This document shows positions 18,681-27,486 of a stretch of DNA of 64,000 nucleotides, piece after piece. Location of the stretch: the NCBI GenBank assembly GCA_038231315.1, contig JBBRLN010000011.1:2035-66034 (forward strand). The letters are read 5' to 3'. The stretch is from Caulobacterales bacterium. Its GTDB lineage: Bacteria; Pseudomonadota; Alphaproteobacteria; Caulobacterales; Caulobacteraceae. Made by a program: the position numbers and the translations under genes. Every line of letters begins with the position of its first letter. The first letter of the stretch is position 1. Below the pieces are notes generated by a model, which was given only the letters and a program-made list of their open reading frames with translations, was not told where the DNA came from and made no database searches.

Positions 18681-20429
18681 TTGCAACACCGCGCCGATCA
18701 GGTCTTGATGACATCGGTCAAAGCGGTGGGGGCCGGCATGGGATGGGATTATCTAGCGCTGGCCGTGGTCGTGGCCGTGGCCCAACCTCTTCTCTTCGTA
18801 GTTGTTCGCCATGAAATCCGCTTTGGACGTCTGCGCGCGCTCTACGAGTTCGATGTCCTCTTCAACATTTCGCAAGACAAGGAATCCAACACCGCGCCGA
18901 CGTTCGAGTACGTCCGTGCACGCTATACCGATGATATAGAATTCCCGACTGATTTTCCTGTCGAATGGATACGTAGTTTCGACATGAGTAAAGAGAAGTT
19001 TAGGGACTTCATTCGAAAAATAAGGTGTTGGCAGCTGAAGAGCAGTAGGTCGCTCCTTTTTTCTAGCCTCCTGCTTACTTGTCTGATTGCCTTCGGGTTC
19101 GCCGTTTTGTTTAACCCACCTTACGGGCCGTCTCGGATTTTTAACTTCGACGCTTTTGCGTCGCCTTTGCTGATCGATCTTGGACTGAGCGACGCATCTG
19201 CGGCCAAAACGCTCGCTCGCAATGTGACGGTGGTGGCCGAAGCCGCGTTTGTCGGCGCTTATCTGTTCACTTCGCTACTGTTCCTTAGGGCTTTGGCAAC
19301 TTTCGATCTGTCGCCGCTCACTTGGTTGAGGGGCACGATTTATTTTGTGGCAGGAATTCTTGGCGCAGTGATGCTGTATCTCGCCTTTCCTGACATTCCG
19401 ACCCAGACAATTGAGGCGGCGCGCTCTGTGGCTCACGCCCTCAAATCCGACAAGCCATCGCCTGCACAGGGCATCAGACCCGCCGAACTGGAGCGCACAG
19501 ATCAAGCAAGGGCCACGAAGATCAGCGCACCGACCATCATTTATGTTGAGTCCGAGAGGAAATCGGATGAGGCCGCGACCCACCCGACCGTCAAGATAGG
19601 CGCGAGAAAACCGATTTCCGGCATCTGGGTCGTGCTTGCCTTTTTGATCGGTTTCACGCCCGACTTAGCGCTAAATGCAATGGCGGCTCGTGTTCAGCGG
19701 ACGCTTAAGATTAAGATGACAGACGACCGTCTCATCGCCGCAAGTAAATCGACGCCTTTGGAAATGATTGACGGGATTGATGTCCTTACGCGTTTTCGAC
19801 TTCAAGAATCAAACATATTTGAGGTTCAAAATCTAGCAGTTAGCAACCCCATTATGCTGTTCATCGAGACGCCTTTTGGGATTTACCAAGTGATTGATTG
19901 GGTGGCGCAAGCACAACTCTGCGTCGCGGTCGGTCCCGAACGCTTCCTCGACATGCAGCGTCATGGCTTCCGAACGATCTTCGATCTCGAACGGGCGGTA
20001 CTTAGCGTCTACACAACGAGCCAGTTGCGGCGTTACGTTGCCAGCCTTTTGCTGTCCACCATGCCAAACGCCGCGCTCGATGGCATCGAGCCGGCCGCTC
20101 GTGGCGGGGTCGCGGTCGAGGTGGGTGGGGGCGTCGGGGCACGATCGGCCGAGGCATTCTCGACCTTTGCCGCCAATGCGTTTTCGATGGCTGCCATCTC
20201 TCATAACGGCACGACCAAATCGGAGGACCCGGATGAAACTATAAAACACTTCGTCCGAATAATGGTGGACGATCTTCACGTCTGCCGGCTCCGCCAAGTG
20301 TGGCAACAGATCATGAGCAAGATTGATGGAATGCCGATAAGCGCAAACAGCCCTGATCGTCTTTGGGACACAGAGTGGACCCCGCCTCTCCCATCTGGAT
20401 TCGAGCACCCTCCATATCCAGGACGCTGA
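18681..20429 (+). CDS. Uncharacterised multi-pass membrane protein with C-terminal HhH-like (DUF4332-like) region; AT-richer than flanks; true start may be a downstream ATG
   Basis: Long ORF with TM segments (AFVGAY...FDLSP, LAFLIGFTP) and the tail PLEMIDGID...RL.ESNIFEVQNLA..NP..L...T......DWVAQAQL. Many A/T-ending codons. Confidence 0.75.
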   Translation: MQHRADQVLMTSVKAVGAGMGWDYLALAVVVAVAQPLLFVVVRHEIRFGRLRALYEFDVLFNISQDKESNTAPTFEYVRARYTDDIEFPTDFPVEWIRSFDMSKEKFRDFIRKIRCWQLKSSRSLLFSSLLLTCLIAFGFAVLFNPPYGPSRIFNFDAFASPLLIDLGLSDASAAKTLARNVTVVAEAAFVGAYLFTSLLFLRALATFDLSPLTWLRGTIYFVAGILGAVMLYLAFPDIPTQTIEAARSVAHALKSDKPSPAQGIRPAELERTDQARATKISAPTIIYVESERKSDEAATHPTVKIGARKPISGIWVVLAFLIGFTPDLALNAMAARVQRTLKIKMTDDRLIAASKSTPLEMIDGIDVLTRFRLQESNIFEVQNLAVSNPIMLFIETPFGIYQVIDWVAQAQLCVAVGPERFLDMQRHGFRTIFDLERAVLSVYTTSQLRRYVASLLLSTMPNAALDGIEPAARGGVAVEVGGGVGARSAEAFSTFAANAFSMAAISHNGTTKSEDPDETIKHFVRIMVDDLHVCRLRQVWQQIMSKIDGMPISANSPDRLWDTEWTPPLPSGFEHPPYPGR

Positions 20430-20440
20430 GACTCGAGAAA

Positions 20441-22159
20441 ATGCGAAGCTGGTGGCCGCTCTGCCTCGCGATGGTCGGCGCCGCCTGGCTTGCCGTCTTC
20501 GCCGTGACGCCCCTCGCCCCGCGCGGCGCCGAGGCGCCGGCGACCGCCTTTTCCGCCATGCGGGCCATGGCGGATGTCCGCGAAATCTCCCGCGCGCCGC
20601 ATCCGACCGGCAGCGCCGACAACGCCCGGGTCCGCGCCTGGCTGATCGGTCGGCTCACTGGTCTAGGGGGAAGGGTCCAGGTCCGAACATCGACGATGTC
20701 CGCGCGCGGCGCGAAGAGCCTGCGCCAATGGAGCGGCGATGCCACACCGCGACCCGTCCAGACCCTAATCGCGGTCGTTCCTGGCCGGGACAGGACGCTG
20801 CCCGCCGTCATGTTGATGGCCCATTACGACAGCGTCTGGGGTTCACCGGGCGCCGCGGACGACGGCGCGGGCGTGGCCTCCATCCTGGAAACGCTCCGGG
20901 CCTTGCGCGCGGCCGGCCCTCAACGCCGGGACGTCCTGGTCGCGCTCACCGACGGCGAGGAACTGGGCATGGAAGGCGCGACAGCCTTCTTCGCCGGCGA
21001 CCCCGAACTCGCGCGGGTCGGCGTGGTGCTCAATCTCGACGTGCGCGGGGGCGGCGGGCGGGTGGCGATGTTCGAAACCGGTCGGGAAAACGGCGCGATG
21101 ATGCGGCTGTTCGCCAGCGCCGTGCGACACCCCTCGGCGACCTCCCTGAGTGTCCTGGTCTATCACCTGCTGCCCAACAACACCGATTTCACGCCGGCCG
21201 AACATCTGGGCCTGCCGGGGTTCAACTTCGCGTTCATCGGACGTCCCGAGTTCTATCACTCGCCGCTGTCGACCGCGGACAGTTTGGACCAGGGCGCCCT
21301 TCAGGACATGGGCGACCAGATTCTCGATCTCGCACACACCTTGCTGGCGACGCCGACGCTGCCGGGCAAATCGCCGGACCTCGTGTTCTTCGATATCTTC
21401 GGCGTCTTCACACTGGCGTATCCGCCCGCGCTTGGTTGGCTGGTGATGGTTGGCGCCTGTGCGCTTTACGGTGTCGGCGCGTGGCGGGGCCGGACCAGGA
21501 TCGGCGCGGTAGGGCGCGGTTTTCTTTCGACGATCGCCCTGATCGTCGTCGCCGGCGGGCTGCTCTATCTGGGCAATCTGCTTTCCGGCGATAGCGGACA
21601 GGCCAACTATTACGATCGCCTTGCAAAGCTGCCGTTGCTGGAAGTTCAGGCGCTGCTGATCGGCGTGGCGTCGGCGGCGCTCGTGGCCAGCGTCTTCCGC
21701 GGCGGCGACAAGGATCCGACGGGATTTGTCTTTGGCGCGGCGGCTCCGCTCCTCCTCCTCGGCCTCGCCCTTCAAGCGGTCGCGCCGACCGCCGACTTCT
21801 TTATCGCCTGGCCGTTGCTGCTGGGCGGGCTCGCCACGGCAGCCGGGGTTGTGGGCGGAGCGAGGATGGGCGCTCTCGCCTCGGTGGCGGCGAGTGCGCT
21901 GGGCGGTGGCTATCTCTTGGGCCTGAGCTTCTTTCTGATGGAGGGGGTTGGCCCGAACCTCCCATCGGTCGCCGCGCTCCCGCTGGCGCTGGTCCTGGTG
22001 CTGACCTGGCCGTTGATCCCGCCTATCAAGGCGCGCGTCGGCCTGGCGGCCGCAGCCCTACCGTTGGTCGTCGCGATCGGGCTTGCCCTGTGGGTGCGCA
22101 GCGAGCCGCTGGCGCCGAGCGTCCCGCTCTACAGCCTGGGTCAGAAGAAGACCGCTTAG
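20441..22159 (+). CDS. M28-family membrane-anchored metallopeptidase (ERMP1/Pff1-like)
   Basis: MAHYDSV, GAADDGAGV, TDGEELG, NLDVRG and FYHS zinc-ligand motifs, followed by multiple TM helices. Confidence 0.9.
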   Translation: MRSWWPLCLAMVGAAWLAVFAVTPLAPRGAEAPATAFSAMRAMADVREISRAPHPTGSADNARVRAWLIGRLTGLGGRVQVRTSTMSARGAKSLRQWSGDATPRPVQTLIAVVPGRDRTLPAVMLMAHYDSVWGSPGAADDGAGVASILETLRALRAAGPQRRDVLVALTDGEELGMEGATAFFAGDPELARVGVVLNLDVRGGGGRVAMFETGRENGAMMRLFASAVRHPSATSLSVLVYHLLPNNTDFTPAEHLGLPGFNFAFIGRPEFYHSPLSTADSLDQGALQDMGDQILDLAHTLLATPTLPGKSPDLVFFDIFGVFTLAYPPALGWLVMVGACALYGVGAWRGRTRIGAVGRGFLSTIALIVVAGGLLYLGNLLSGDSGQANYYDRLAKLPLLEVQALLIGVASAALVASVFRGGDKDPTGFVFGAAAPLLLLGLALQAVAPTADFFIAWPLLLGGLATAAGVVGGARMGALASVAASALGGGYLLGLSFFLMEGVGPNLPSVAALPLALVLVLTWPLIPPIKARVGLAAAALPLVVAIGLALWVRSEPLAPSVPLYSLGQKKTA

Positions 22160-22182
22160 GCGGAGAATGGCGGCACGGAGCG

Positions 22183-23319
22183 CTAGTCCGCCTCGACCAA
22201 CGCGTTAAGCGTCTCCACCGCGCCGATAAAATCCGTCTTGAATTCCTGCACCACCTGACCGGCGGATTTCACGCTGTCGATCAAGCCGACGCCTTGGCCG
22301 ACGAAATAGGTCACCATCCCCCGCGCCTCGACGTTCCCCGCCGCCGCCGCGCGGTCCACCGAACGCAACGCGTTTTCGCTGATCAAGCTTTGCATCGGCA
22401 TGGGCAGCGGTCCCGGGCTTGCGGGATCGCGCTCCCACGCCTCGGTCCAGCTCGAACGCAGCTGGCGGGCGGGCTTTCCCGTTCGGCTGCGCGAACGGAC
22501 GGCGTCGCGCGAGGTCGCCTCGATCATCTTCTCGCGAAAGATTTCACTGGTCTCGGATTCGACGGTCGCCAGCCAGACCGAGCCGGTCCACGCCCCCGCC
22601 GCGCCCATGGCCATGCAGGCGGCCATCTGCGCGCCGTTCATGATCCCTCCAGCGGCGAGCACCGGCACGTCGCGGATGGGCTTGATCGCCTTGATGACCT
22701 CCGGAACCAGCACCAAGGTGGAGACCTCGCCGCAGTGGCCGCCGGCCTCTGTGCCCTGGACCACCAAGATGTCCACCCCGGCGTTGACCTGCCGGATAGC
22801 GTGCTCCTTGGCGCCCACCAGAGCGGCGACAGGGACCCCGTGTTTCTTGCCGAGCGCGATCATGGAGGGCGGCGGCACGCCGAGCGCGTTGGCGATCAGT
22901 CGGATGGGAAATTCGAACGCGGCGTCCAGCACCTCCATCGCTCGCGCTGGATCGAAGGGCTGAGGCTGGTCGTCGCGGATGGTCTGGTCGGCCAAGGTGA
23001 CGCCGACCTTGCCGATGAGGTCGCGCGCGAAGGCGGAATGCGCCTCGGGAACCCGGGCCTGCAGGCTCTTGTAGGTGACATCCTTCTCGCCGGCCGTCGC
23101 CATGTTCTCCGGGATCAAGACGTCGATGCCGAACGGTTTGCCGTCGGCATGGTCCTCGATCCAACGCATTTCCTGGCGCACGGACTCCGGCGAGTGCGCC
23201 GTCGCTCCAAAGACGCCGAAACCCCCCGCGCGGCTGACCGCCGCCACCACGTCGCGGCAGTGGCTGAAGGCCAGCAGCGGGAACTCGATACCCAACATCT
23301 CGCAGATCGGGGATTTCAT
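22183..23319 (-). CDS. Nitronate monooxygenase-family FMN oxidoreductase
   Basis: LAFSHCRDVVAAVSRAGG, QGTEAGGHCG, PVLAAGGI..G and AGAWTGSVWL motifs. Confidence 0.9.
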   Translation of the reverse strand: MKSPICEMLGIEFPLLAFSHCRDVVAAVSRAGGFGVFGATAHSPESVRQEMRWIEDHADGKPFGIDVLIPENMATAGEKDVTYKSLQARVPEAHSAFARDLIGKVGVTLADQTIRDDQPQPFDPARAMEVLDAAFEFPIRLIANALGVPPPSMIALGKKHGVPVAALVGAKEHAIRQVNAGVDILVVQGTEAGGHCGEVSTLVLVPEVIKAIKPIRDVPVLAAGGIMNGAQMAACMAMGAAGAWTGSVWLATVESETSEIFREKMIEATSRDAVRSRSRTGKPARQLRSSWTEAWERDPASPGPLPMPMQSLISENALRSVDRAAAAGNVEARGMVTYFVGQGVGLIDSVKSAGQVVQEFKTDFIGAVETLNALVEAD

Positions 23320-24857
23320 CGGGAAGCCATCCTAATCGCGCGGATGATCGACCGCCCTCGCTCGTCCAAAGAGAGATCCACCGTCGCACCGAGAGGGTCC
23401 TCGTCGATCATGGTCCGCACTACGGCGTCGTCCTCCGCGTCGGAAGACGCGACGAAACGCGCGCCGCCCTCGAAAAGCCTACCGATCACCACGCCGCGCG
23501 GCGGCTTGCGGCTGTAGTCGATGGTATAGGTCTCGACCGTGCCCTCACCCACCCCCGGCGCGACGGCGGGCGCGGGCCAAGCTTCGATTTCGGCTTGGAG
23601 CGCCCCGTTGTCCAGGCCATGCCAGGGGGCGGGCTCGGTGGAATAGATCCCCACGGAATATTTGGTCAGGAAGCCGCCGTTCGCGCCGACGAAGCCCTTT
23701 GCGCCAGGCTCGGTCCGAAGCGCGCGAACCATGCTCGCGATCGCGTGCATGGAATAGTTGTTCCCCGCCCCCCCGAAATACGGGAGGCCGCCGGTCATGC
23801 TGATCGGACGCGGATCGTCCGCCGCGATGCCCAGGCCTTCGCGGATGTTCGACACCGCGATGGGAAAGCAGCTGTAGAGGTCGAACAGGTCGATCGCCTC
23901 CTGCCCGACGCCCGCGCGGTCCAGCGCCCGTCGAGCCGCCATGACCGAAGCGGGGCTTCGCGAGAGGTCCGCGCGTTCCATAGGCATCCGTTCGCGCGCG
24001 TCGGCTCCGCCATGCAGATAGACGAAGCGGTCTTCAGGTACCCCGAGCTTCAGCGCCAGACCGACGGACGCCATGACAACCGCAGCGCCCTGGTTAGCCT
24101 GGTCGCGAGCCACGAGCCGCCGAGGATAAGGATCGCTGGTCAGGCGGTTGTCCGCCGTGATCTCCGCCAGTTTTTCGGCCGAGTGAACCTCGGGCGACAT
24201 GGCGTGGGGATTGCCCGAGGCGACCTTGGTCATCGGCGCGAAGAGATCCGCCATCTGCCGACGATAGACCTCGCGGCTCAGGCCCAGCCGCGCGCGGCGG
24301 GCGTTCTCAAAGAGGGCGTAGACACTGATCGGGGTCGCCGCTCCGTGCCGCGCCAGATCGGCGGTCAGGAGCGGATCGCCAAGACCACGATCCTCGAGTT
24401 CGCCGCCGACATTCTCCGTCCAATCGCGGGTCTCTCCCTTGGCGGTCAGGCTGCGCACCGTGGAGATCGCCTCCGCGCCGCAGATCAGGGCCATGCCAAT
24501 TTCGCCGGCGGCGATCCGCCCGCAAAGCTCATTGACCAGATGCTGCGGGCCCTGCCCCCCAACCGGCTCCAGGATCGCCCGCGCCGGATGAGCGCCGATC
24601 CGCCGGGCCACGGATCTAGGGACGTTGTCGGAGCGACCGAAGGGCGCGATCGCCCCGGCGATGGAAACCTCGAACTGCCGCACCGCGGCGATGGTGTCGA
24701 CGTGCGGGGCCAGGGCCGCGCAGGTCAGGGCGTCGTCGAGAGCCGCCCACGAAGCCTGCGCCGCCAGATCCACCGGCGAAAGCGCGGCGTAGTCAGGCGA
24801 ATCCAGCCGTTCCGACGATTCGCCGACCCCGATGATGACGGGGGTATTGTCGTCCAC
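23316..24857 (-). CDS. Non-canonical thiolase-like acyl-CoA enzyme with C-terminal OB-like extension
   Basis: GTG start. TPVIIGVG, DLYSCFP, TGGLPYFGGAGNNYSMHA and C-terminal GTVETYTI motifs. Confidence 0.82.
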   Translation of the reverse strand: MDDNTPVIIGVGESSERLDSPDYAALSPVDLAAQASWAALDDALTCAALAPHVDTIAAVRQFEVSIAGAIAPFGRSDNVPRSVARRIGAHPARAILEPVGGQGPQHLVNELCGRIAAGEIGMALICGAEAISTVRSLTAKGETRDWTENVGGELEDRGLGDPLLTADLARHGAATPISVYALFENARRARLGLSREVYRRQMADLFAPMTKVASGNPHAMSPEVHSAEKLAEITADNRLTSDPYPRRLVARDQANQGAAVVMASVGLALKLGVPEDRFVYLHGGADARERMPMERADLSRSPASVMAARRALDRAGVGQEAIDLFDLYSCFPIAVSNIREGLGIAADDPRPISMTGGLPYFGGAGNNYSMHAIASMVRALRTEPGAKGFVGANGGFLTKYSVGIYSTEPAPWHGLDNGALQAEIEAWPAPAVAPGVGEGTVETYTIDYSRKPPRGVVIGRLFEGGARFVASSDAEDDAVVRTMIDEDPLGATVDLSLDERGRSIIRAIRMASR

Positions 24858-24919
24858 GCGGCGTCTCCCTCTAAACTCTCGCCATCTGACAAGATCGGAG
24901 GGCCGAAGTCGAGGCTCAC

Positions 24920-25903
24920 CTAACGTCGTTCGCGCGTGGTGAAGGGATCGGCGTCGGCGGTGGTCTCGGTGAAACCGAACCGCGTGAAACCCCTGCACAT
25001 TTCCGGCCCAACGGGCGCGGCGACGTCGAGGGTTCCCCCGCCGGGATGCGGCAAGACCAGTCGCCGAGCATGGAGCTGAAGCCTCAAACCCCGCGATGCG
25101 GCGATGGAAGCCGGCGTGTTGTACTTCGTATCGCCCAGGATGGGGTGACCAATCGCCAACATGTGCGCACGAAGCTGATGGGTGCGCCCGGTGACCGGCC
25201 GCAGCGCCACCCACGTCGCTTCGTCATCAGCCCGCGCCAGGACCCGAAATTCGGAGACGGCGACCTTTCCCGCCGGATCGTCGGGATCGACAATCACCAT
25301 CCGCTCGCGGTCGTCGACGCCCATCTTGGCCAGGGGAATGTCGATCGTCCCCTCGTCGTCGGGCGCGCCCGCGACGATCGCCCAATAGGTCTTGCGGGCG
25401 TTCCGCCCCGCGAAGTCCCGCGCCAGCCGCGCCGCCGCCTCCGGCGATTTGCCCAGGGCGAGCACGCCCGAAGTGTCGCGGTCTAGTCGATGGACGAGGC
25501 GGGGCCGCGCCATCCCCTCCCCCCAAGCGCTCAACAGGCGGTCGATGTGGTGAAGCGTCTTGGTTCCGCCCTGCACGGCGAGACCGGCTGGCTTGTTCAG
25601 GATGAGCACATCGTCGTCCTCGAAAAGCACGAGGTTTTTCGCTCGGGCGATGTCCTTGTCGGATAGCGCCGCTTTCTCAGCAGGCGAGATGGTGGAGAAC
25701 GGCGGCACCCGTATAAGGGCGCCGCCGTGCAGCCGCGTCTCCGCCTTGACCCGCCCGCCATCGACGCGAAGCTGGCCGGACCGCGCTAGCTTATGGATCT
25801 GGGTCTGGCCGAGCTCGGGCCAGCGGCGGCGAAGCCAGCGGTCCAGCCGGATGCCATCCTCGGCGTCGGCGACTTCGATGAGTTGGACGTCCGGCACACC
25901 CAT
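24920..25903 (-). CDS. rluC: RluA/RluC-family 23S rRNA pseudouridine synthase with S4 domain
   Basis: RLDRWLRR S4 domain, NKPAGLAVQGG, HRLDRDTSG catalytic motif, TGRTHQLRAH. Start codon approximate. Confidence 0.9.
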   Translation of the reverse strand: MGVPDVQLIEVADAEDGIRLDRWLRRRWPELGQTQIHKLARSGQLRVDGGRVKAETRLHGGALIRVPPFSTISPAEKAALSDKDIARAKNLVLFEDDDVLILNKPAGLAVQGGTKTLHHIDRLLSAWGEGMARPRLVHRLDRDTSGVLALGKSPEAAARLARDFAGRNARKTYWAIVAGAPDDEGTIDIPLAKMGVDDRERMVIVDPDDPAGKVAVSEFRVLARADDEATWVALRPVTGRTHQLRAHMLAIGHPILGDTKYNTPASIAASRGLRLQLHARRLVLPHPGGGTLDVAAPVGPEMCRGFTRFGFTETTADADPFTTRERR

Positions 25904-26182
25904 AACTGGGGTGATGGGGCGCGCCGTCTGTCGGATCAAGTTCGCGAGCGCAGTGTGACGGCGCGGGTCGGGCGAAACGTGAGTCAGCTCCGGCTGACAA
26001 TACAATGCCAGATGGCGACTTCGGTCGCGTCGGCCGCCGCTTCGCAATCGCCGCTCGGAGCAGCCGCCGACAATTCGGGCAACCCCTTAATTGGCAAAAC
26101 CCAAATGTCCGACCGAGCCTTCAGAATTGGAGCGACCGCTCCGCGCCGCGGAAAGTGGGCAAGTTTCCAGACCGGTTTGTCC

Positions 26183-26671
26183 TTACGCGCGTGGCCCGAG
26201 GTTCTTCGCCACGCCATGCGCGTCGTACGCATTGCCCTCTGTGGGAACCGGCCCCTTCCCCGCGACGATTTCGATGGACCGCCCGATCTGTGGGCCGCCG
26301 CCGAGAGGGACGCTGGTCCCCACCCCTCCGCCGAACCCGCCGCCTCGGCCGAAATTGAAACCGCCGATGCCGAGAGAGAGCGAGCCTTGGTGTCTGGGCG
26401 GGGCGATGGAGCCCTCGCGGTCGGCGATACGGAACCAGTCGTAACCATCTCGCAGGCTGACCTGAGCGGCTCGGAGAAGGACGTAATCGCGGATTTGGGC
26501 CGGCGGCGCGCCGTCGCCGCCTTGAAAGGTGATACGGTAGCGGCCGGGCTCGATCTGGTAATCGGTATAGCCGACCGCGCCAGACCGAGTCGCGGGGCCG
26601 TAGACAGTGGGGGTCTCGCAGGCGGCGAGACTGATCGCGAGCAGGATGGCGGCGGTCAGGCGGACGTGCAT
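26183..26671 (-). CDS. Lipoprotein (CC0125/CC1285-like)
   Basis: Lipobox LAAC, then TPTVYGPA...GY.D..IE..RYRITF.G...LLRAA...GYDWF pattern. Confidence 0.85.
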   Translation of the reverse strand: MHVRLTAAILLAISLAACETPTVYGPATRSGAVGYTDYQIEPGRYRITFQGGDGAPPAQIRDYVLLRAAQVSLRDGYDWFRIADREGSIAPPRHQGSLSLGIGGFNFGRGGGFGGGVGTSVPLGGGPQIGRSIEIVAGKGPVPTEGNAYDAHGVAKNLGPRA

Positions 26672-27486
26672 CGAAGCGTTCCTTGCGGTGTGGACTCGTT
26701 CCCTCTGGGTTCAAGCGTTACCACGGAGGCGGCGTTCCATCGCGGCGGAATTTCCAGCGCCAGGCTCGTCAGCAGGCTCAACATATCGTCGGGCAAGGCC
26801 GCCTCGATCCGCCGCTCGCCGCCCGCCGGATGGGGAAAGGCAAGGGCGGCGGCGTGCAGCATCAGGCGCGGCGCCGGAATCCCGCCCACGACCAGCGCGC
26901 CGCCATAGCGCGGATCTCCGGCGATGGGATGGGCGAGGCTGGCGAGGTGAACGCGAAGCTGGTGCATCCGCCCGGTGCGCGGCGAAAGCTCGACAAGGGC
27001 GGCCTCCGCGTTCTGGGCGAGGACGCGATAGCGGGTCAGGGCGGCCTGGGCTCCGGGCTCTTGCGGCCCCGCGACACGAACAAAGGATTCGCGACCGTGA
27101 TCCTCGCGCAGCAACGCGCTTTCGACCGCGCCTTCCTTCGGATCGATGCCTCCGGGCGCGACGATGGCGAGGTAGGTCTTCTTCACCCGCCGGCCCATCA
27201 TTGCCTTGCCCAGAAACGCGGCCGCCGGCTGGCTCTTGGCGGTGAGCAGAACGCCCGAGGTGTCACGGTCGAGGCGGTGGATCAGCCGTGGCCGCGAGCC
27301 GCTGGACTTTGCGAAGGCGCCCAGAAGCTCGTCCAGGCTATGCACATCGCGCCCGCCGCCCTGGCTGGACAGGCCGGGCGGTTTGTTCACCACCAGAATG
27401 TCGTCGTCCTCGACAATCACTAGTCCGCGCGCGAAGACGACCTCTTCATCGGAGAGCGCCTGCGGCTTGGTTCTACCCCTTGGCAT
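26656..27486 (-). CDS. RluA-family pseudouridine synthase (no S4 domain)
   Basis: NKPPGLSSQGG, HRLDRDTSG and TGRMHQLRVH motifs. Confidence 0.9.
   Translation of the reverse strand: MPRGRTKPQALSDEEVVFARGLVIVEDDDILVVNKPPGLSSQGGGRDVHSLDELLGAFAKSSGSRPRLIHRLDRDTSGVLLTAKSQPAAAFLGKAMMGRRVKKTYLAIVAPGGIDPKEGAVESALLREDHGRESFVRVAGPQEPGAQAALTRYRVLAQNAEAALVELSPRTGRMHQLRVHLASLAHPIAGDPRYGGALVVGGIPAPRLMLHAAALAFPHPAGGERRIEAALPDDMLSLLTSLALEIPPRWNAASVVTLEPRGNESTPQGTLRCTSA

Noticed and set aside
25985-26060. Resemblance to a fluoride (crcB) riboswitch (GGCGAT...TCGCCAT...GGAGCTGA on the minus strand)
   Set aside because: P1 loop far too long, pseudoknot partner not found, and no crcB gene downstream.
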